Part shown: piece by piece, positions 44,887 through 60,100 of the stretch
Position numbering within the stretch: the stretch's first letter is position 1
How the letters are laid out: every line of letters starts with the position of its first letter
Source of the DNA: an uncultured Myxococcales bacterium
Lineage (GTDB): Bacteria; Myxococcota_A; Polyangia; Fen-1088
Direction: 5' to 3'
Length of the DNA: 64,000 bases
Assembly: GCA_964540815.1 (NCBI GenBank)
Contig: CAZIOH010000020.1
Span: 13,245 to 77,244, forward strand
The notes under the pieces: model-generated
Database searches by the model: none
Told to the model about the DNA's origin: nothing
The model's input: the letters and a program-made list of their open reading frames with translations, nothing else
Position numbers and translations under genes: made by a program

Positions 44887-46575
44887 TCAGTCTTCCCACG
44901 CAGGCTCGACCAGCGTGGCCAGAAAACGCGGCGGGACGCGGGCCCGGGTGATGGCCTCGAACCCGGCGGCGAGCGCGATCAGGTGCGGCTCGGTCCAGGC
45001 CGCGCCCACGAACGACAGGCCGAGCGGCAGCCCGTGGGCTGCGCCCATCGGCACCGTGACGCTCGGATACCCGGCCACCGCCGCGAAGGTCGTGTTGCCC
45101 CCGGTGACGTGATCCCCGTTCTCGAGATCCGTCAGCCAGGCCGGCGCGTTCGAGGGGCAGATCAGGGCGTGGAGGCGGTGGCTCGCCAGCAACGCGTCGA
45201 GGCCCCGCGTGCGCGCCAGGGCGAGGCACCGCGCGCGGGCCGCGCGGTAGGCGCCCGCCGTGAGATCGCCCTTCGTCTGTGCACGCTCGAAGAGCTCCTG
45301 CCCGAACCACGGCATCTCCCGGGCGCGCTCTCGCGCGTTGAAAGCCATGACATCGGCCAGGCTCCCGAGGCCTCCGGCCGAGCTCCCCCGCCGCGCGAGG
45401 TAGCGGGAGAGGCCGTCCTTCAGCTCGTGGAGCAGCACCTCCATCTCGGCCTCCTCCAGCCTGGCGGTGGGACCGAGCGCGAGGTGGTCCACGATCACCG
45501 CGCCGGCGTCCTTCATGGCCTCGAGCGCACGCTCGAGCGCGGCGTCCACCGCGGGGTGAAAGCCCGCCAGATCCCGCGGCACGCCGAGGCGCGCGCCCAC
45601 GAGGCCCGCCTCGGGTGGGCCGGCCGCGCGTGTGCCGTCGTGCCGGGCGAGCGCCGCCCTGCACGCGGCGCTCGCAGCCAGGGTGGCGACGTCCTCCGGG
45701 TCGGCCGGCCCGGCCAGGGCGGCGAGCAACAGCGCTGCATCCCCGACGGTGCGGGCCATGGGTCCGGGCGTGTCCTGCGAGGCCGAGATGGGGACGATCC
45801 CGCTGCGGCTCCACAGGCCCACGGTCGGCTTGATGCCGACGATTCCGCACACCCCCGCCGGCGAGATGATCGAGCCGTCGGTCTCGGTCCCGATGCCGAG
45901 CGGGGCGTAGCCCGCCGCCACCCCGGCCGCGGTCCCCGAGCTCGAGCCCGACGGGTTGCGGTCGAGCACGTGGGGATTCCTGGTGAGCCCGCCCCGCGCG
46001 CTCCAGCCGCTGGTCGAGCGCGTCGAGCGAAGGTTGGCCCACTCGCTGAGGTTGGTCTTCCCGAGCACCACCGCCCCGCTCGCCCGCAGGCGCGCCACGA
46101 TGAAGGCGTCCCGCGGCGCGGGCCCCCCGGTCAGCGCCAGGGAGCCGGCGGAGGTCTGCATGCGATCGCCGGTGTCGATGTTGTCCTTCACGAGGATCGG
46201 GATCCCGTGCAGCGGTCCGGTGGGCCGGCCCGCCCGGCGCTCGGCGTCGCAGCGGGCCGCGATGTCGAGCGCGTCCGGGTTGAGCTCGATCACCGCGTGC
46301 AACCTGGGGCCGCGCCGATCGAGCCGGTCGATGCGCTCGAGGAGGCGGCGCGCGATCCCGACCGCCGTCAGCGCGCCCGAGCCGAGAGCGGCCAGCAGCT
46401 CGGCCACCGTCGCGCCGGTCACCTCGTCGAGCGGCTGCGGTTCCGGGGCCTGGGGCGAGCCGGTCCCGCCGTCCCCGCTGGCTCGCCGTCGCGGGTCCGC
46501 GCCGACGCTGGCCGCGGCGAGCGTCGAGGCCCCGGCGCGGGACAGAAAGCCCCGCCGCCCGAGCTCACGCGCCAT
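44887..46575 (-). CDS. Amidase-signature family amidase with Tat signal
   Basis: ATG at 46575 gives MARELGRRGFLSRAGASTLAAASVGA (Tat RRxFL). Ser-cis-Ser-Lys signature GGSSSGTAAGVAAG and KDN context. Confidence 0.85.
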   Translation of the reverse strand: MARELGRRGFLSRAGASTLAAASVGADPRRRASGDGGTGSPQAPEPQPLDEVTGATVAELLAALGSGALTAVGIARRLLERIDRLDRRGPRLHAVIELNPDALDIAARCDAERRAGRPTGPLHGIPILVKDNIDTGDRMQTSAGSLALTGGPAPRDAFIVARLRASGAVVLGKTNLSEWANLRSTRSTSGWSARGGLTRNPHVLDRNPSGSSSGTAAGVAAGYAPLGIGTETDGSIISPAGVCGIVGIKPTVGLWSRSGIVPISASQDTPGPMARTVGDAALLLAALAGPADPEDVATLAASAACRAALARHDGTRAAGPPEAGLVGARLGVPRDLAGFHPAVDAALERALEAMKDAGAVIVDHLALGPTARLEEAEMEVLLHELKDGLSRYLARRGSSAGGLGSLADVMAFNARERAREMPWFGQELFERAQTKGDLTAGAYRAARARCLALARTRGLDALLASHRLHALICPSNAPAWLTDLENGDHVTGGNTTFAAVAGYPSVTVPMGAAHGLPLGLSFVGAAWTEPHLIALAAGFEAITRARVPPRFLATLVEPAWED

Positions 46576-46648
46576 GCACTGTCCGCATGTGCAGACTCTG
46601 CGGCAGGGCCCTGGTGTCGGCCAGCCGAACTTGGCAGATTGCGAGGCG

Positions 46649-47572
46649 ATGCCCGAGTTGCCCGAGGTTGAGGTCGCGGCCCGCAATCTGCGGCGCTGGG
46701 GGCAGGGCCGCCGGATCCGGGCGGCGTGGGCCGACGCGCGCGCGAAGCGCATCTTCCGACCCGCGAACCCCGCGACCGCCCGCCAGTTGGCCGGTGCGCG
46801 CATGGATGGCATCCAGCGCATCGGGAAGAATCTGCTGCTGACCCTGCAGGGCGGCCCCGGCGCTTCACGCGCCAACCGTTCCGGTGCGCGCGAAACCAGC
46901 GCCGCCGCCCTCGACCCGCAGTTCGGCCTGTGGTCGCACCTCGGGATGACGGGCAAGTGGGTCCGGCGCCGCTCCGGTGACCCCCGCCCGCCGCACGCCC
47001 GGGTCGACCTCACGCTCGACGACGGGTCGCGCCTGGTCTACGTCGATCCTCGGATGTTCGGGCGCCTGCGCTGGGTGCCGGGCGCCCGCTTCGACGCGGT
47101 CGCGGAGCTGCGAGCGCTCGGCCCCGATCCCCTCACCGACGGCATCGAGGCGCCTCGGTTGGCCGAGCGCCTGGCTGTCCTGCCGGCGCGGCTGGCGATC
47201 AAGGTCGCCCTCCTCGATCAGTCCTTGCTGGCGGGGGTGGGCAACATCCAGGCGTGCGAGGCCCTGTTCCGGGCCCGCATCGATCCCCGGCGCCCGGCCG
47301 CCACGCTCGGCCGCGTCGAGGTCGGTCGCCTGCGCCGGGGCATCCTCGCGTCCATCGCCCACACGCTCGAGGCCCTGGCGGACCCCAGCTCCGGCGGCGT
47401 CGCCGACGCCGATTCAGACATCCGCTATGTCGAGGACGACCGCGGCGACAACCCGTTCCTGGTCTATGCGCGGGCCGGGCAGCGCTGCACCCGCTGCAAA
47501 CGGGCGCGGATCGAGCGGGTGGTCCAGGCCGGGCGCGCCACCTTTTACTGCCCGTACTGTCAGCGCGCCTGA
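46649..47572 (+). CDS. mutM: Formamidopyrimidine-DNA glycosylase (Fpg/MutM)
   Basis: MPELPEVE N-terminus with catalytic Pro2 and Glu3. H2TH domain. C-terminal zinc finger CTRCKRARIERVVQAGRATFYCPYCQ. Confidence 0.9.
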   Translation: MPELPEVEVAARNLRRWGQGRRIRAAWADARAKRIFRPANPATARQLAGARMDGIQRIGKNLLLTLQGGPGASRANRSGARETSAAALDPQFGLWSHLGMTGKWVRRRSGDPRPPHARVDLTLDDGSRLVYVDPRMFGRLRWVPGARFDAVAELRALGPDPLTDGIEAPRLAERLAVLPARLAIKVALLDQSLLAGVGNIQACEALFRARIDPRRPAATLGRVEVGRLRRGILASIAHTLEALADPSSGGVADADSDIRYVEDDRGDNPFLVYARAGQRCTRCKRARIERVVQAGRATFYCPYCQRA

Positions 47573-47731
47573 GGTCGCGCCGCACGCCGGCCCGACCGGA
47601 CGGCCGAAATTCCAACCGGAAATTCGCGGGGCTCCTTGTGCACCGGCGACTCCAAACTTAAGTCAAGGGTGAGCCCGACGGCCTGCCCGACCGGACCTCG
47701 GTCAGCGGTGGCCTCCGTGGCGGAGATCCTC

Positions 47732-52072
<4,341 letters not shown>

Positions 52073-52200
52073 GCCCCGGCCCGATCCGCCCGTGACCGCA
52101 ATGTGACTCGGGCGTCGCGTCAACCTGCACCGGTCGGTGTTAACTTGGTGCGGCTGCGCGGGGCGCCTCACGCCCGGCGCCATTCACAGGAGGGGCACCC

Positions 52201-53229
52201 ATGATGAAACGATCGGTTTGGTCTCGTCGAGTGGCTGGAATGGTCGGTGTGTCGATGGCGCTGGCGGGCGGGCTCGCGGCCCGGACGGCAGCGGCCGAGG
52301 AGGTTCACCAGGTCGCGACCTTCGATCCCACCCTCGGTCAGTTGCCTGAATCCATCGCGGCGGACGGGCACGGCAACTTCTTCCTGACCATGGGGACGAC
52401 GGTTCGCGAGCTGACGCCCGACGGGCAGCTGAGCGTGGTCGCCACCTTGCCGCTGCCCGCCGGGGCCTCCACCGCAGGCGTGGCGCTCGACGCCGACGGG
52501 AACATCCTGGTGGTCTCGGACGCGTTCGCGCCCATCCCGCTCGCGGCGCGCCTGTGGAAGATCTCGCCTCCCGGTGCCGGTCCCGTCACGGTCGACGTCG
52601 TGGCCACCTTCCCGCCCGAAGCGTTCCTCAACGATCTGGTGATCGACGACGATGGCACGGTCCTCATCACCGACTCGTTCCTCGGACGCATCTGGAAGGT
52701 GGACTGCGCGGGCCAGACCAGCGTCTGGCTGTCGAGCAGCTTGCTCGACGGTAACCCCGCCGCTCCGATCCTGCCGGTGCATTCGCTCGGCGCCAACGGG
52801 GCGGTCTTCGATGCCGGCAAGCGCAACCTCCTCGTCGGCAACCTCGACTACGGACAGATTCTGAGGGTGCGCATCCAGCGTCGTCGCGACGGGGAGGCGG
52901 TGGCCGGGCGGACCGAGATCCTGGCGCAGGACCCGAGGCTCGCGGGGGCGGACGGCATCGCCCTCGATCGCAAGGGGACGCTCTATGTCGGGGTCAACAT
53001 CCGTGACCGCATCGCCACCGTGGATCGCCACGGGACCGTGGCGGTGGTGGCCGAGGGCGGCTTGCTCGACGGGCCGTCGAGCCTGGTCTTCGGAACCACC
53101 CACAGGACCCGCAAGACCCTCTTCATCTCGAACTTCGCCATCGGGCGGGCGCTGGGGTTCGTGCCCGGAGCTCCCCACCCGGGCGTCGTGTCCCTCGAGG
53201 TTCCCGAGCCCGGGGTTCCCCTGCCCTGA
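52201..53229 (+). CDS. Secreted SMP-30/gluconolactonase/LRE-like six-bladed beta-propeller protein
   Basis: RBS CAGGAGG. MMKRSVWSRRVAGMVGVSMALAGGLAARTAAA is a signal peptide. Repeated DxDGN/DGT blades (DADGNILV, DDDGTVLI, DRKGTLYV). Confidence 0.7.
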   Translation: MMKRSVWSRRVAGMVGVSMALAGGLAARTAAAEEVHQVATFDPTLGQLPESIAADGHGNFFLTMGTTVRELTPDGQLSVVATLPLPAGASTAGVALDADGNILVVSDAFAPIPLAARLWKISPPGAGPVTVDVVATFPPEAFLNDLVIDDDGTVLITDSFLGRIWKVDCAGQTSVWLSSSLLDGNPAAPILPVHSLGANGAVFDAGKRNLLVGNLDYGQILRVRIQRRRDGEAVAGRTEILAQDPRLAGADGIALDRKGTLYVGVNIRDRIATVDRHGTVAVVAEGGLLDGPSSLVFGTTHRTRKTLFISNFAIGRALGFVPGAPHPGVVSLEVPEPGVPLP

Positions 53230-53283
53230 GGACAGCTCCCCTCTGACGCGTCCTCGTCGCCGGCCTCGCTCCCGTCGGTCCGG

Positions 53284-54339
53284 TCAGTTCGCAGGTGGCG
53301 GCCTGACGACGATCATCCGTCCGCGCGCGCTGTCCGGGACGTACGCCGTTCCCTGCACGTCGATCACCGCGTTGCGCGCCCCCGGGGCGGTGGTGGCCTT
53401 CCCCACCACCGCCAGAGCCCCCTTGGCATCGAGGCGGGCGAAGGTCAGGACGCCGTCCGCGGCGGAGGCCACGTACACGAGCCCGGTCCTCGGATCGTAG
53501 TCGAGGTTGTCGACGCCGCCTCCGGTCGAGATTCGCCCGGTGACGCGGCCGGTCCCCGTGCTTCCACCGCCCCCTGTGGACCCAACGTCGAGGGCGACCA
53601 CCCCGTTCGTGCAGGCCACCAGGAGCTCTCCGCGCGCGGCGTCGAGCGCGAGGCCGCGCGGGCCCTCCGCGCCACAGCCAGGGGACCAGGAGCCGACCGT
53701 CTGGCGGGTCTTCACGTCGATGGCCAGCGTCCGATCGCGATCCTCGAGGTTGGTGTAGAAGATCCCGCGCGCCGGATCGACCGCATAGCCTTCGGGCTGC
53801 CCGTCGAGCTTGATGAAGCCGTTCGCCTTTGCCTTCGCCTTCGCGATCGCCGTGCTCGGCGCCCGGTTCGCGTGGATGTCCGTGATGTCGACGATGGTGA
53901 TCCCCAGCGCGCGCGGGGTCGTGACCCAGAGCTCTCGCGTCCCGGCCACGTACGCCAGTCCATCGGGCATCGCTTCGATGGTCTTGCAGGGGCCCTTGCG
54001 CAGGGTCCTGGCCCCCACGGCGCAGAGGCGATGGTCGGCCCGGTTGCCGATCCAGACCAGGTCACCGGCGATCGCGACCGAGCTCGGGCCCATCCTCGGA
54101 CGGTCGGGTCGATTCGGTGGCGGGGGCGCGGTGGCGAATCCCCCCACCGTCTCGAGCGTGGGGTGCCCGTCGCGTGTCGCCCGGATCACATCGACGTTGC
54201 CGGTGTTCCCCGCCGGGATCCACAGCCGGCTCTCCGCTGGATCGTAGGCCGTGTAGTCGATTCCGACCGGAGGACCGCCGGGTAAGGCGATCGATTCCGC
54301 GACCAGCACGCCCAACATCGAGAAGAGCCCGAGCGTCAT
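53284..54339 (-). CDS. Secreted YncE/YVTN-type beta-propeller protein
   Basis: Internal ATG at 54339 of track ORF 53284..55440. Blades with DPARGIFYTN, DAARGELLVA, DPRTGLVYVA. 29 bp downstream of the preceding oxidoreductase gene. Confidence 0.65.
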   Translation of the reverse strand: MTLGLFSMLGVLVAESIALPGGPPVGIDYTAYDPAESRLWIPAGNTGNVDVIRATRDGHPTLETVGGFATAPPPPNRPDRPRMGPSSVAIAGDLVWIGNRADHRLCAVGARTLRKGPCKTIEAMPDGLAYVAGTRELWVTTPRALGITIVDITDIHANRAPSTAIAKAKAKANGFIKLDGQPEGYAVDPARGIFYTNLEDRDRTLAIDVKTRQTVGSWSPGCGAEGPRGLALDAARGELLVACTNGVVALDVGSTGGGGSTGTGRVTGRISTGGGVDNLDYDPRTGLVYVASAADGVLTFARLDAKGALAVVGKATTAPGARNAVIDVQGTAYVPDSARGRMIVVRPPPAN

Positions 54340-54368
54340 CGTGGGGTGCTTATAGCCCGAGCCGCTCG

Positions 54369-55391
54369 TCAATCCACAGTGAGCACGACCTTGCCGAAGC
54401 CCTGGTCGGAGGCGACGTAGCGATGGGCGTCCGCTGCCTGCGACAGCGGGAAGGTCCGACCCACCACCGCCTCGAGGGTTCCGTCGCCGAGCAAGGGGAC
54501 CACGTACCGCGAAAACGCCTGCATGGCCTCGATCTTCTCCTCCAGGGGTCGCGCCCGCAGGACCGTCCCGCGCAGCACCAGACGCTTGCGCATGACCGCC
54601 GCCTGATCGAGCTCGGCCTGGGCGCCAGCGAGCATCCCGACCAGGACGATGCGCCCTGCCGCGGCCGCGCAGCGGACGTCCTCCGCCACGTAAGGGCCAC
54701 CGACGAGCTCGAGGACCACGTCCGCCCCGCGGCCGCCGGTGCGCGCCAGGACCTCGTCGGCGAACCGGGCATCGTGCTGGACGAGCACGGACATGCGCGG
54801 GGCGAGGCCGAGCTCGACCGCCCGCTCCAGCTTGGCGGCCGTGCGGGCCGTCGCAATCGCCCGGGCGCCGAGGGCCCGCGCGAGCTGGATGGCGGCCGTG
54901 CCCACCCCGCTGCCGGCGGCGTGAATGAGTACGTGCTCTCCGCTCTTGAGCTTGGCCTGGGTCACCATGGCGTCGTAGGCCGTGATGAAGGCCTCGGGGG
55001 TGGCGGCGGCCTGCTCGAAGCTCATTCGCTCGGGCATGCGCGCGAGCGCCCTCCCGTGGCAGACCAGGAGCTCCGCGTAGGCGCCACCTCCGGCCAGCCC
55101 GAACACGCGATCTCCCGGCCTCCAGGCGTCGACCGCCGGCCCCACCGCGTCGACCTCGCCGGCGAACTCCAGGCCAGGGATGTCCTGCGGGGCATCGCGC
55201 GGAGCCGGGTACCGCCCCATCCGCTGCAGCAAGTCGGCGCGGTTGACCGCGGTCGCACGCACGCGCACGCGCACCTCCGCCCGCTCGGGGGTCGGCGCCG
55301 CGACGTCCCGCATCTGCAACACCTCGGGTCCGCCCGGCTCCGCTATCACGATGGCGCGCATGGCGTGAAGGAAACCTCGGTCCGACCCCAT
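54369..55391 (-). CDS. NAD(P)H:quinone oxidoreductase, PIG3/MDR family
   Basis: MRAIVIAEPGGPEVLQ and AAGSGVGTAAIQLARALGARAIATA Rossmann motif. Start at 55391 or 55361; both are ATG with weak RBS. Confidence 0.85.
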   Translation of the reverse strand: MGSDRGFLHAMRAIVIAEPGGPEVLQMRDVAAPTPERAEVRVRVRATAVNRADLLQRMGRYPAPRDAPQDIPGLEFAGEVDAVGPAVDAWRPGDRVFGLAGGGAYAELLVCHGRALARMPERMSFEQAAATPEAFITAYDAMVTQAKLKSGEHVLIHAAGSGVGTAAIQLARALGARAIATARTAAKLERAVELGLAPRMSVLVQHDARFADEVLARTGGRGADVVLELVGGPYVAEDVRCAAAAGRIVLVGMLAGAQAELDQAAVMRKRLVLRGTVLRARPLEEKIEAMQAFSRYVVPLLGDGTLEAVVGRTFPLSQAADAHRYVASDQGFGKVVLTVD

Positions 55392-55749
55392 CGTTCGTCA
55401 AGTGCGCCCCACCACCCCTTGCACGCTCCGCCTGGCGCACACGGGGGTGGGCGTGCCGAGATGTCCCAAAAGGACCCTGGTCCGAAGCCCGGGCCGGGGG
55501 CTACTGAGACTGACACGGGAAAGAAATGGTTCGCTGCCCCGACCTTTCAAGTTCTGCGCCCAAAGGCGTTTGCTCTGCGCCGAAAAGGCGTCTGGATTCC
55601 CCGTATTTCGATTTCCCATTCGTAAACGATCGAGGTAGAACACCCGCCATCTGGGGCGGGGGACCCGTATGTGTTCGGTACTCCCGGGCGGCGCGGCGCT
55701 ACATCGCCAGACCCGCTGCAACACCTCCCGGCACAGGAGAAGCGAAGTG

Positions 55750-58389
55750 ATGATCAAATTTCCCCTCTCGAGGTCCCACATGGCTTTGACGTTCCGTCTC
55801 GCAATCGCCCTCCCGGCCCTGGCCCTGGTCGCGTGCAGTCATCCGAGCACCGACACGACCGGTGGAACCGGAGGCAGCGGCACCGGCCCGGTCGGCACTG
55901 GCGGAACGGTGGGCGGCGGCACGGGCGGCGGTGGCGTCATCAACGGGAGTGGTGGGAACCCGACGGGATCGGTGGATGGCACGGGTGGCACCAACGGCAG
56001 CGGGAATGGAACTGGTGGAGGCAACGGGAGCCAGACCGGCGGAGGCAACGGCAGCGGGACCGGCGGCGGCAACAGCGTGGGCGGTGGTGGCCCGAGCGCG
56101 ACCGGCGGCGCCAGCCCAGGGGTCGGCGGAGCGACGGTCAAGATGTCCTGTACGGCCACCTCGTTCAGCTCGACGTACCCATATTCTCCCGGCTACCCCG
56201 GCCATGCGGCGAACCTCGCCATGGCGCAGTCGATGATGCAAGCGATGAGTCCGACGCAGAAGACGCAGCAGATGCGGGGGGTGCCCACGCCTCCCCTCAA
56301 CTACAACATCTTCTGGCAGCCCGATCAGGGCTCCGTCCGCGGCTTCGACTTTCGCGACGGACCTCGAGGCGTCAACCTGGACGCTCCGCTGCTCTCCGGC
56401 TCGGCGGGCGGCAAATCGACGGCCTATCCGCAGGCCATCGCCCGTGGAGCCGCTTTCGACCTCGACCTCGAGTATCACATCGGCGAGGCCATGGGCGACG
56501 AGATGGTGGCCGCCGGGCAGACGATGTCCCTCGCCCCCACCGTCAACATCCTGCGCCACCCGTCGTGGGGACGCGCGCAGGAGACCTACGGTGAGGATCC
56601 TTTCCTTCTCGGCCGTCTCGGCTCGGCGTTCGTCGTCGGCATGCAGGAGTATGTCGGTGCCTGTGCCAAGCACTTCGCCGCGAACAACATCGAGCAAAGC
56701 CGCTCGACGGCCAACGCCCTGATGGACGAGCAGACGCTGCGCGAGATGTATGCGCGCCACTTCGGCATGATCATCAAGGACGGTGGGGTCTCTTGCATCA
56801 TGGCCTCCTACAACAAGGTCAACGGCAAGAATGCCACCCAGAACGCGCACCTCCTGACCGATATCCTCCGCACCGACTTCGGGTTCCAGGGCTTCGTCCT
56901 CAGCGACTGGTGGGCGATGCCCGGCGGGAACAACACTGATCAAGCTTCTCGAGCGACCAACGCGCGCGAGGCGGTCATGGCGGGTATGGACATGGAGCTC
57001 CCGTGGGCTTACCAGTACCTCGAGCTCGACACCCAGACCGGTCTCGACACGTTCATCAATCAGTCGACCACCCGGATCCTCGAACAAAAGATCCGGTTCA
57101 AGGCCATCAACACGGGCGGGACCGCGGGGCTCAAGGCCTCGACCTCCAAGCTGACCAACGGGTCCATCACGAACAACGACGATCACATCGCTCTGGCCGC
57201 GCAGGCCGCGCTCGAGTCGATGGTGCTCCTCAAGAACGACGGCGGCGTGCTGCCTCTGAGCAAGACCGCCATCAAGACCGTCGCCGTCATCGGCGCGATG
57301 ATTCCTTACGCGGTCAGCTCCGACGGGACCGGCGATTCGACCATCGACTTCACCACCAACCTGGTCACCGGTGGCGCGATGACGATCCTCACGGGCGACT
57401 GGGGATCGAGCCGGGTCGTCGGTGACCCAGCCAAAGCCGTGGGGCCGCTGCCGGGCATCCGGGCTGCCGCGGGCACCGGCATCACCGTCATGGCTGGTCC
57501 CAGCGCCGGACTGGCCAGCATGGCCGATGTCAGCGTCGTGGTGGTCGGCCTCACGCCCCAGGACGAGGGCGAGGAGTACACCAACCTCGCCAACCCGGAC
57601 CGACAGAGCTTCGCCCTCGACGCCAAGCGCGGGCAGGGGACGCAGAACAAGCTGATCACCGACGCGGTTGCCATGGCGAACGGCAAGCCGGTCATCGTCG
57701 TGCTCGAGGGCTCGGGACCGATTGACATGCCCTGGCTGAGCATGGTCAAGGGGGTGATCATGGCCTGGTATCCGGGGATGGTCGGCGGCACCGCGCTCGG
57801 GAAGCTGATCTTCGGGGACGCGAACTTCAGCGGGAAGCTCCCGATCACCTGGTCGCAGGTGTCGGACTACGGACCGTTCAAGGGCGCCAGCACGGACACG
57901 CAGATGGACTTCTATCTCGGGTACCGGCGCTTCGATCAGAACAACATCGCGCTCGATCCGACGCAGGGCCGTTATCCCTTCGGTTATGGGCTCAGCATGG
58001 GGACGGACTATCGGTACACCGCGATCCACGTCCCCTGCAGCGACGTCCCCCAGACGGGCTTCGTCGACGTGACGGTGGATGTCTCGAACATGGGCACGCG
58101 CGCAGGCGACGAGACCGTGTTCCTGTTCGTCGCTCCGCCGGCCACCGCGCCGACCTCCACCGCGGGCGCCATCCACCGCGCGAAGAAGGAGCTGAAGGGC
58201 TTCGCTCGCCTCAACCTGCCGCCCGGAGAGAGCCACAGCGTGACCATCAAGCTGCGCATCGCGGATCTGGCGTACTTCGATCCCGCCACGACCGGTGGGG
58301 GCTGGAAGGTGCAGCCCGGGCAGTACACGATCATGGCCGGTGGGTCTTCCGCCAACCTGCCCGTCATGGATACCCTGACAGTCAAATGA
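55750..58389 (+). CDS. Glycoside hydrolase family 3 beta-glucosidase lipoprotein with long Gly/Thr/Ser/Asn linker
   Basis: ATG at 55750 with AGGAG RBS. Lipobox LALVAC. ~110-aa GGTGGSG linker. GH3 motifs KHFAANN and GFVLSDWWAM (nucleophile Asp). C-terminal fibronectin-like domain. Confidence 0.9.
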   Translation: MIKFPLSRSHMALTFRLAIALPALALVACSHPSTDTTGGTGGSGTGPVGTGGTVGGGTGGGGVINGSGGNPTGSVDGTGGTNGSGNGTGGGNGSQTGGGNGSGTGGGNSVGGGGPSATGGASPGVGGATVKMSCTATSFSSTYPYSPGYPGHAANLAMAQSMMQAMSPTQKTQQMRGVPTPPLNYNIFWQPDQGSVRGFDFRDGPRGVNLDAPLLSGSAGGKSTAYPQAIARGAAFDLDLEYHIGEAMGDEMVAAGQTMSLAPTVNILRHPSWGRAQETYGEDPFLLGRLGSAFVVGMQEYVGACAKHFAANNIEQSRSTANALMDEQTLREMYARHFGMIIKDGGVSCIMASYNKVNGKNATQNAHLLTDILRTDFGFQGFVLSDWWAMPGGNNTDQASRATNAREAVMAGMDMELPWAYQYLELDTQTGLDTFINQSTTRILEQKIRFKAINTGGTAGLKASTSKLTNGSITNNDDHIALAAQAALESMVLLKNDGGVLPLSKTAIKTVAVIGAMIPYAVSSDGTGDSTIDFTTNLVTGGAMTILTGDWGSSRVVGDPAKAVGPLPGIRAAAGTGITVMAGPSAGLASMADVSVVVVGLTPQDEGEEYTNLANPDRQSFALDAKRGQGTQNKLITDAVAMANGKPVIVVLEGSGPIDMPWLSMVKGVIMAWYPGMVGGTALGKLIFGDANFSGKLPITWSQVSDYGPFKGASTDTQMDFYLGYRRFDQNNIALDPTQGRYPFGYGLSMGTDYRYTAIHVPCSDVPQTGFVDVTVDVSNMGTRAGDETVFLFVAPPATAPTSTAGAIHRAKKELKGFARLNLPPGESHSVTIKLRIADLAYFDPATTGGGWKVQPGQYTIMAGGSSANLPVMDTLTVK

Positions 58390-59897
58390 TCCCACCAAAG
58401 AAGTTTCACGCCGGGTTTCTCTCGACACTCCTGACCGCCTCGCTCCTCTCGGTGCTCGCGCCCTTACCGGCGCGCGCGAAGGGCAGCTCTGCAACGGACG
58501 CGGAGGCGTCCGAGGGCGAAGCCGCGAACGCGAACGCGGTCGATCCGACCCATGGCAGCGGTGAGGCCGAGACGCCACCGCCCGCCAAGAGGCCGGGCCC
58601 CCCGCCCGAGTCCTCGGGCTCGGCCTTCATCGTCGAGCGGCTGCCGCCCTCGGCGTTTCCGGAGTGGACCAGGCGAGGAATCCCGGGTGGCTCGCTGTGG
58701 CTCGACGCCTCCTTTCACGGGATGCAGTGGCCCTACTATCCGAAGACGGGGCTCGGCTTCAGCGGCTCGGTGTGGGCGGACAACAGCTATCAGAAGATCA
58801 ACCGGGAGGAGCGCTTTCCCCAGACCGAGTACTGGGTCCACCAGTCCCGGGCGGTGTTGCGCGCGACCCCGACCTACAGCTCCGATGACTTCTTCGTGCA
58901 GGGCCAGGTCGAGATGGTTGGCAACTACAACCAGCTCCTGCAACGCCAGGACGCGCCCGACACCGACGATCTGTGGCTTCGGTTCGGGCGGTGGAACAGC
59001 TGGGACATCCAGGTGGGTCGCTACGAGGCGTACGCCCTGCACCACTTCGGCATGGGGCTCGATCTCAACACGGTGGAGCGGCAGGGCGCGCTCGACGAGA
59101 ACTCCAGGGCGCCGGTGGACTTCAACTACGCGACGACCATGTTCTACCGGCCGAACGGCACCGGCAACATCGCGCTTCACCTGCATTTCTGGGAGGGTGA
59201 AAAGGGCCTCCCCGCGATCCGCGCGGAGCTCCTCACGCAGTACGGTTACGACAGCTTCGACCGGATCGGTGTGCGCCCGGCGGTGATCGTCGACTTCGGC
59301 GCCCTCAAGTTCAAGCTCGGCACCGAGCACCGCTGGACCCGTCCGCGCGATACCCAGGTCCAGACCAACATGACGCCCCGGGTGGATTCGAATGGCCAGC
59401 CCGTGATCGACCCGATGACGATGTCGCAGATCATCGACATCAGCTACACGGCCACCCGCAAAGAGAAGTTCTACGACCGATGCCTCGCTGCCGGGACCGT
59501 ACAGCTCGTGCTCTTCCCATGGCTGGAAACCGGCGTGCAGGGAGCCTACTGTCTGTCCGATCACACGACTGGCATGGGTGGGACGGATATCGACGGAAGC
59601 TACACCCAGTGGACGGTGGGGGGCTTTGCCAACTTCAGTCCCTTCACAGACGTGGTGGTGGGTGGCGGCGCCGACCTGGCCGACTGGACCAACCTCCACA
59701 AGAACGATCTCGGCAAGTACGGCCACCAGACCAACCTCGCCGCCTTCGGCGCCGTGCAGTACCTCGTCCACAAGCAGCTCTACGTCAAGCTGGTGGGCGC
59801 CTACGACAAGGGCAAGCGCGAGAATCTCGAAGGCGGCACCACCGAGGTGACGAGCACCATGGTGAGCGCCCGCGTCCGCCTCATGTACCTGTTCTGA
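58386..59897 (+). CDS. Outer-membrane beta-barrel protein (putative substrate porin), translationally coupled to GH3
   Basis: ATG overlaps the GH3 stop (ATGA). Signal MIPPKKFHAGFLSTLLTASLLSVLAPLPARA. Acidic/Pro-rich linker. Alternating beta-strands and terminal RLMYLF. Confidence 0.7.
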   Translation: MIPPKKFHAGFLSTLLTASLLSVLAPLPARAKGSSATDAEASEGEAANANAVDPTHGSGEAETPPPAKRPGPPPESSGSAFIVERLPPSAFPEWTRRGIPGGSLWLDASFHGMQWPYYPKTGLGFSGSVWADNSYQKINREERFPQTEYWVHQSRAVLRATPTYSSDDFFVQGQVEMVGNYNQLLQRQDAPDTDDLWLRFGRWNSWDIQVGRYEAYALHHFGMGLDLNTVERQGALDENSRAPVDFNYATTMFYRPNGTGNIALHLHFWEGEKGLPAIRAELLTQYGYDSFDRIGVRPAVIVDFGALKFKLGTEHRWTRPRDTQVQTNMTPRVDSNGQPVIDPMTMSQIIDISYTATRKEKFYDRCLAAGTVQLVLFPWLETGVQGAYCLSDHTTGMGGTDIDGSYTQWTVGGFANFSPFTDVVVGGGADLADWTNLHKNDLGKYGHQTNLAAFGAVQYLVHKQLYVKLVGAYDKGKRENLEGGTTEVTSTMVSARVRLMYLF

Positions 59898-60100
59898 CGG
59901 TGTACCTCTGGCCCTGGCGTGATTTCTTGGGAGGCTACCGGGTCTAATCGCCGGAGTGGGAAGCGACTGAGAAGGGACTGGTAATCGATATCGGTCCGAG
60001 ACCTCAGGTACCTATCCACCGTCCTCGCCGAATCCGGCCCCCTCCCCTCGAGGCTCGCGCTCGCGACTCCCGCGAAGACCGACCCGACTCCCCGACCCGC

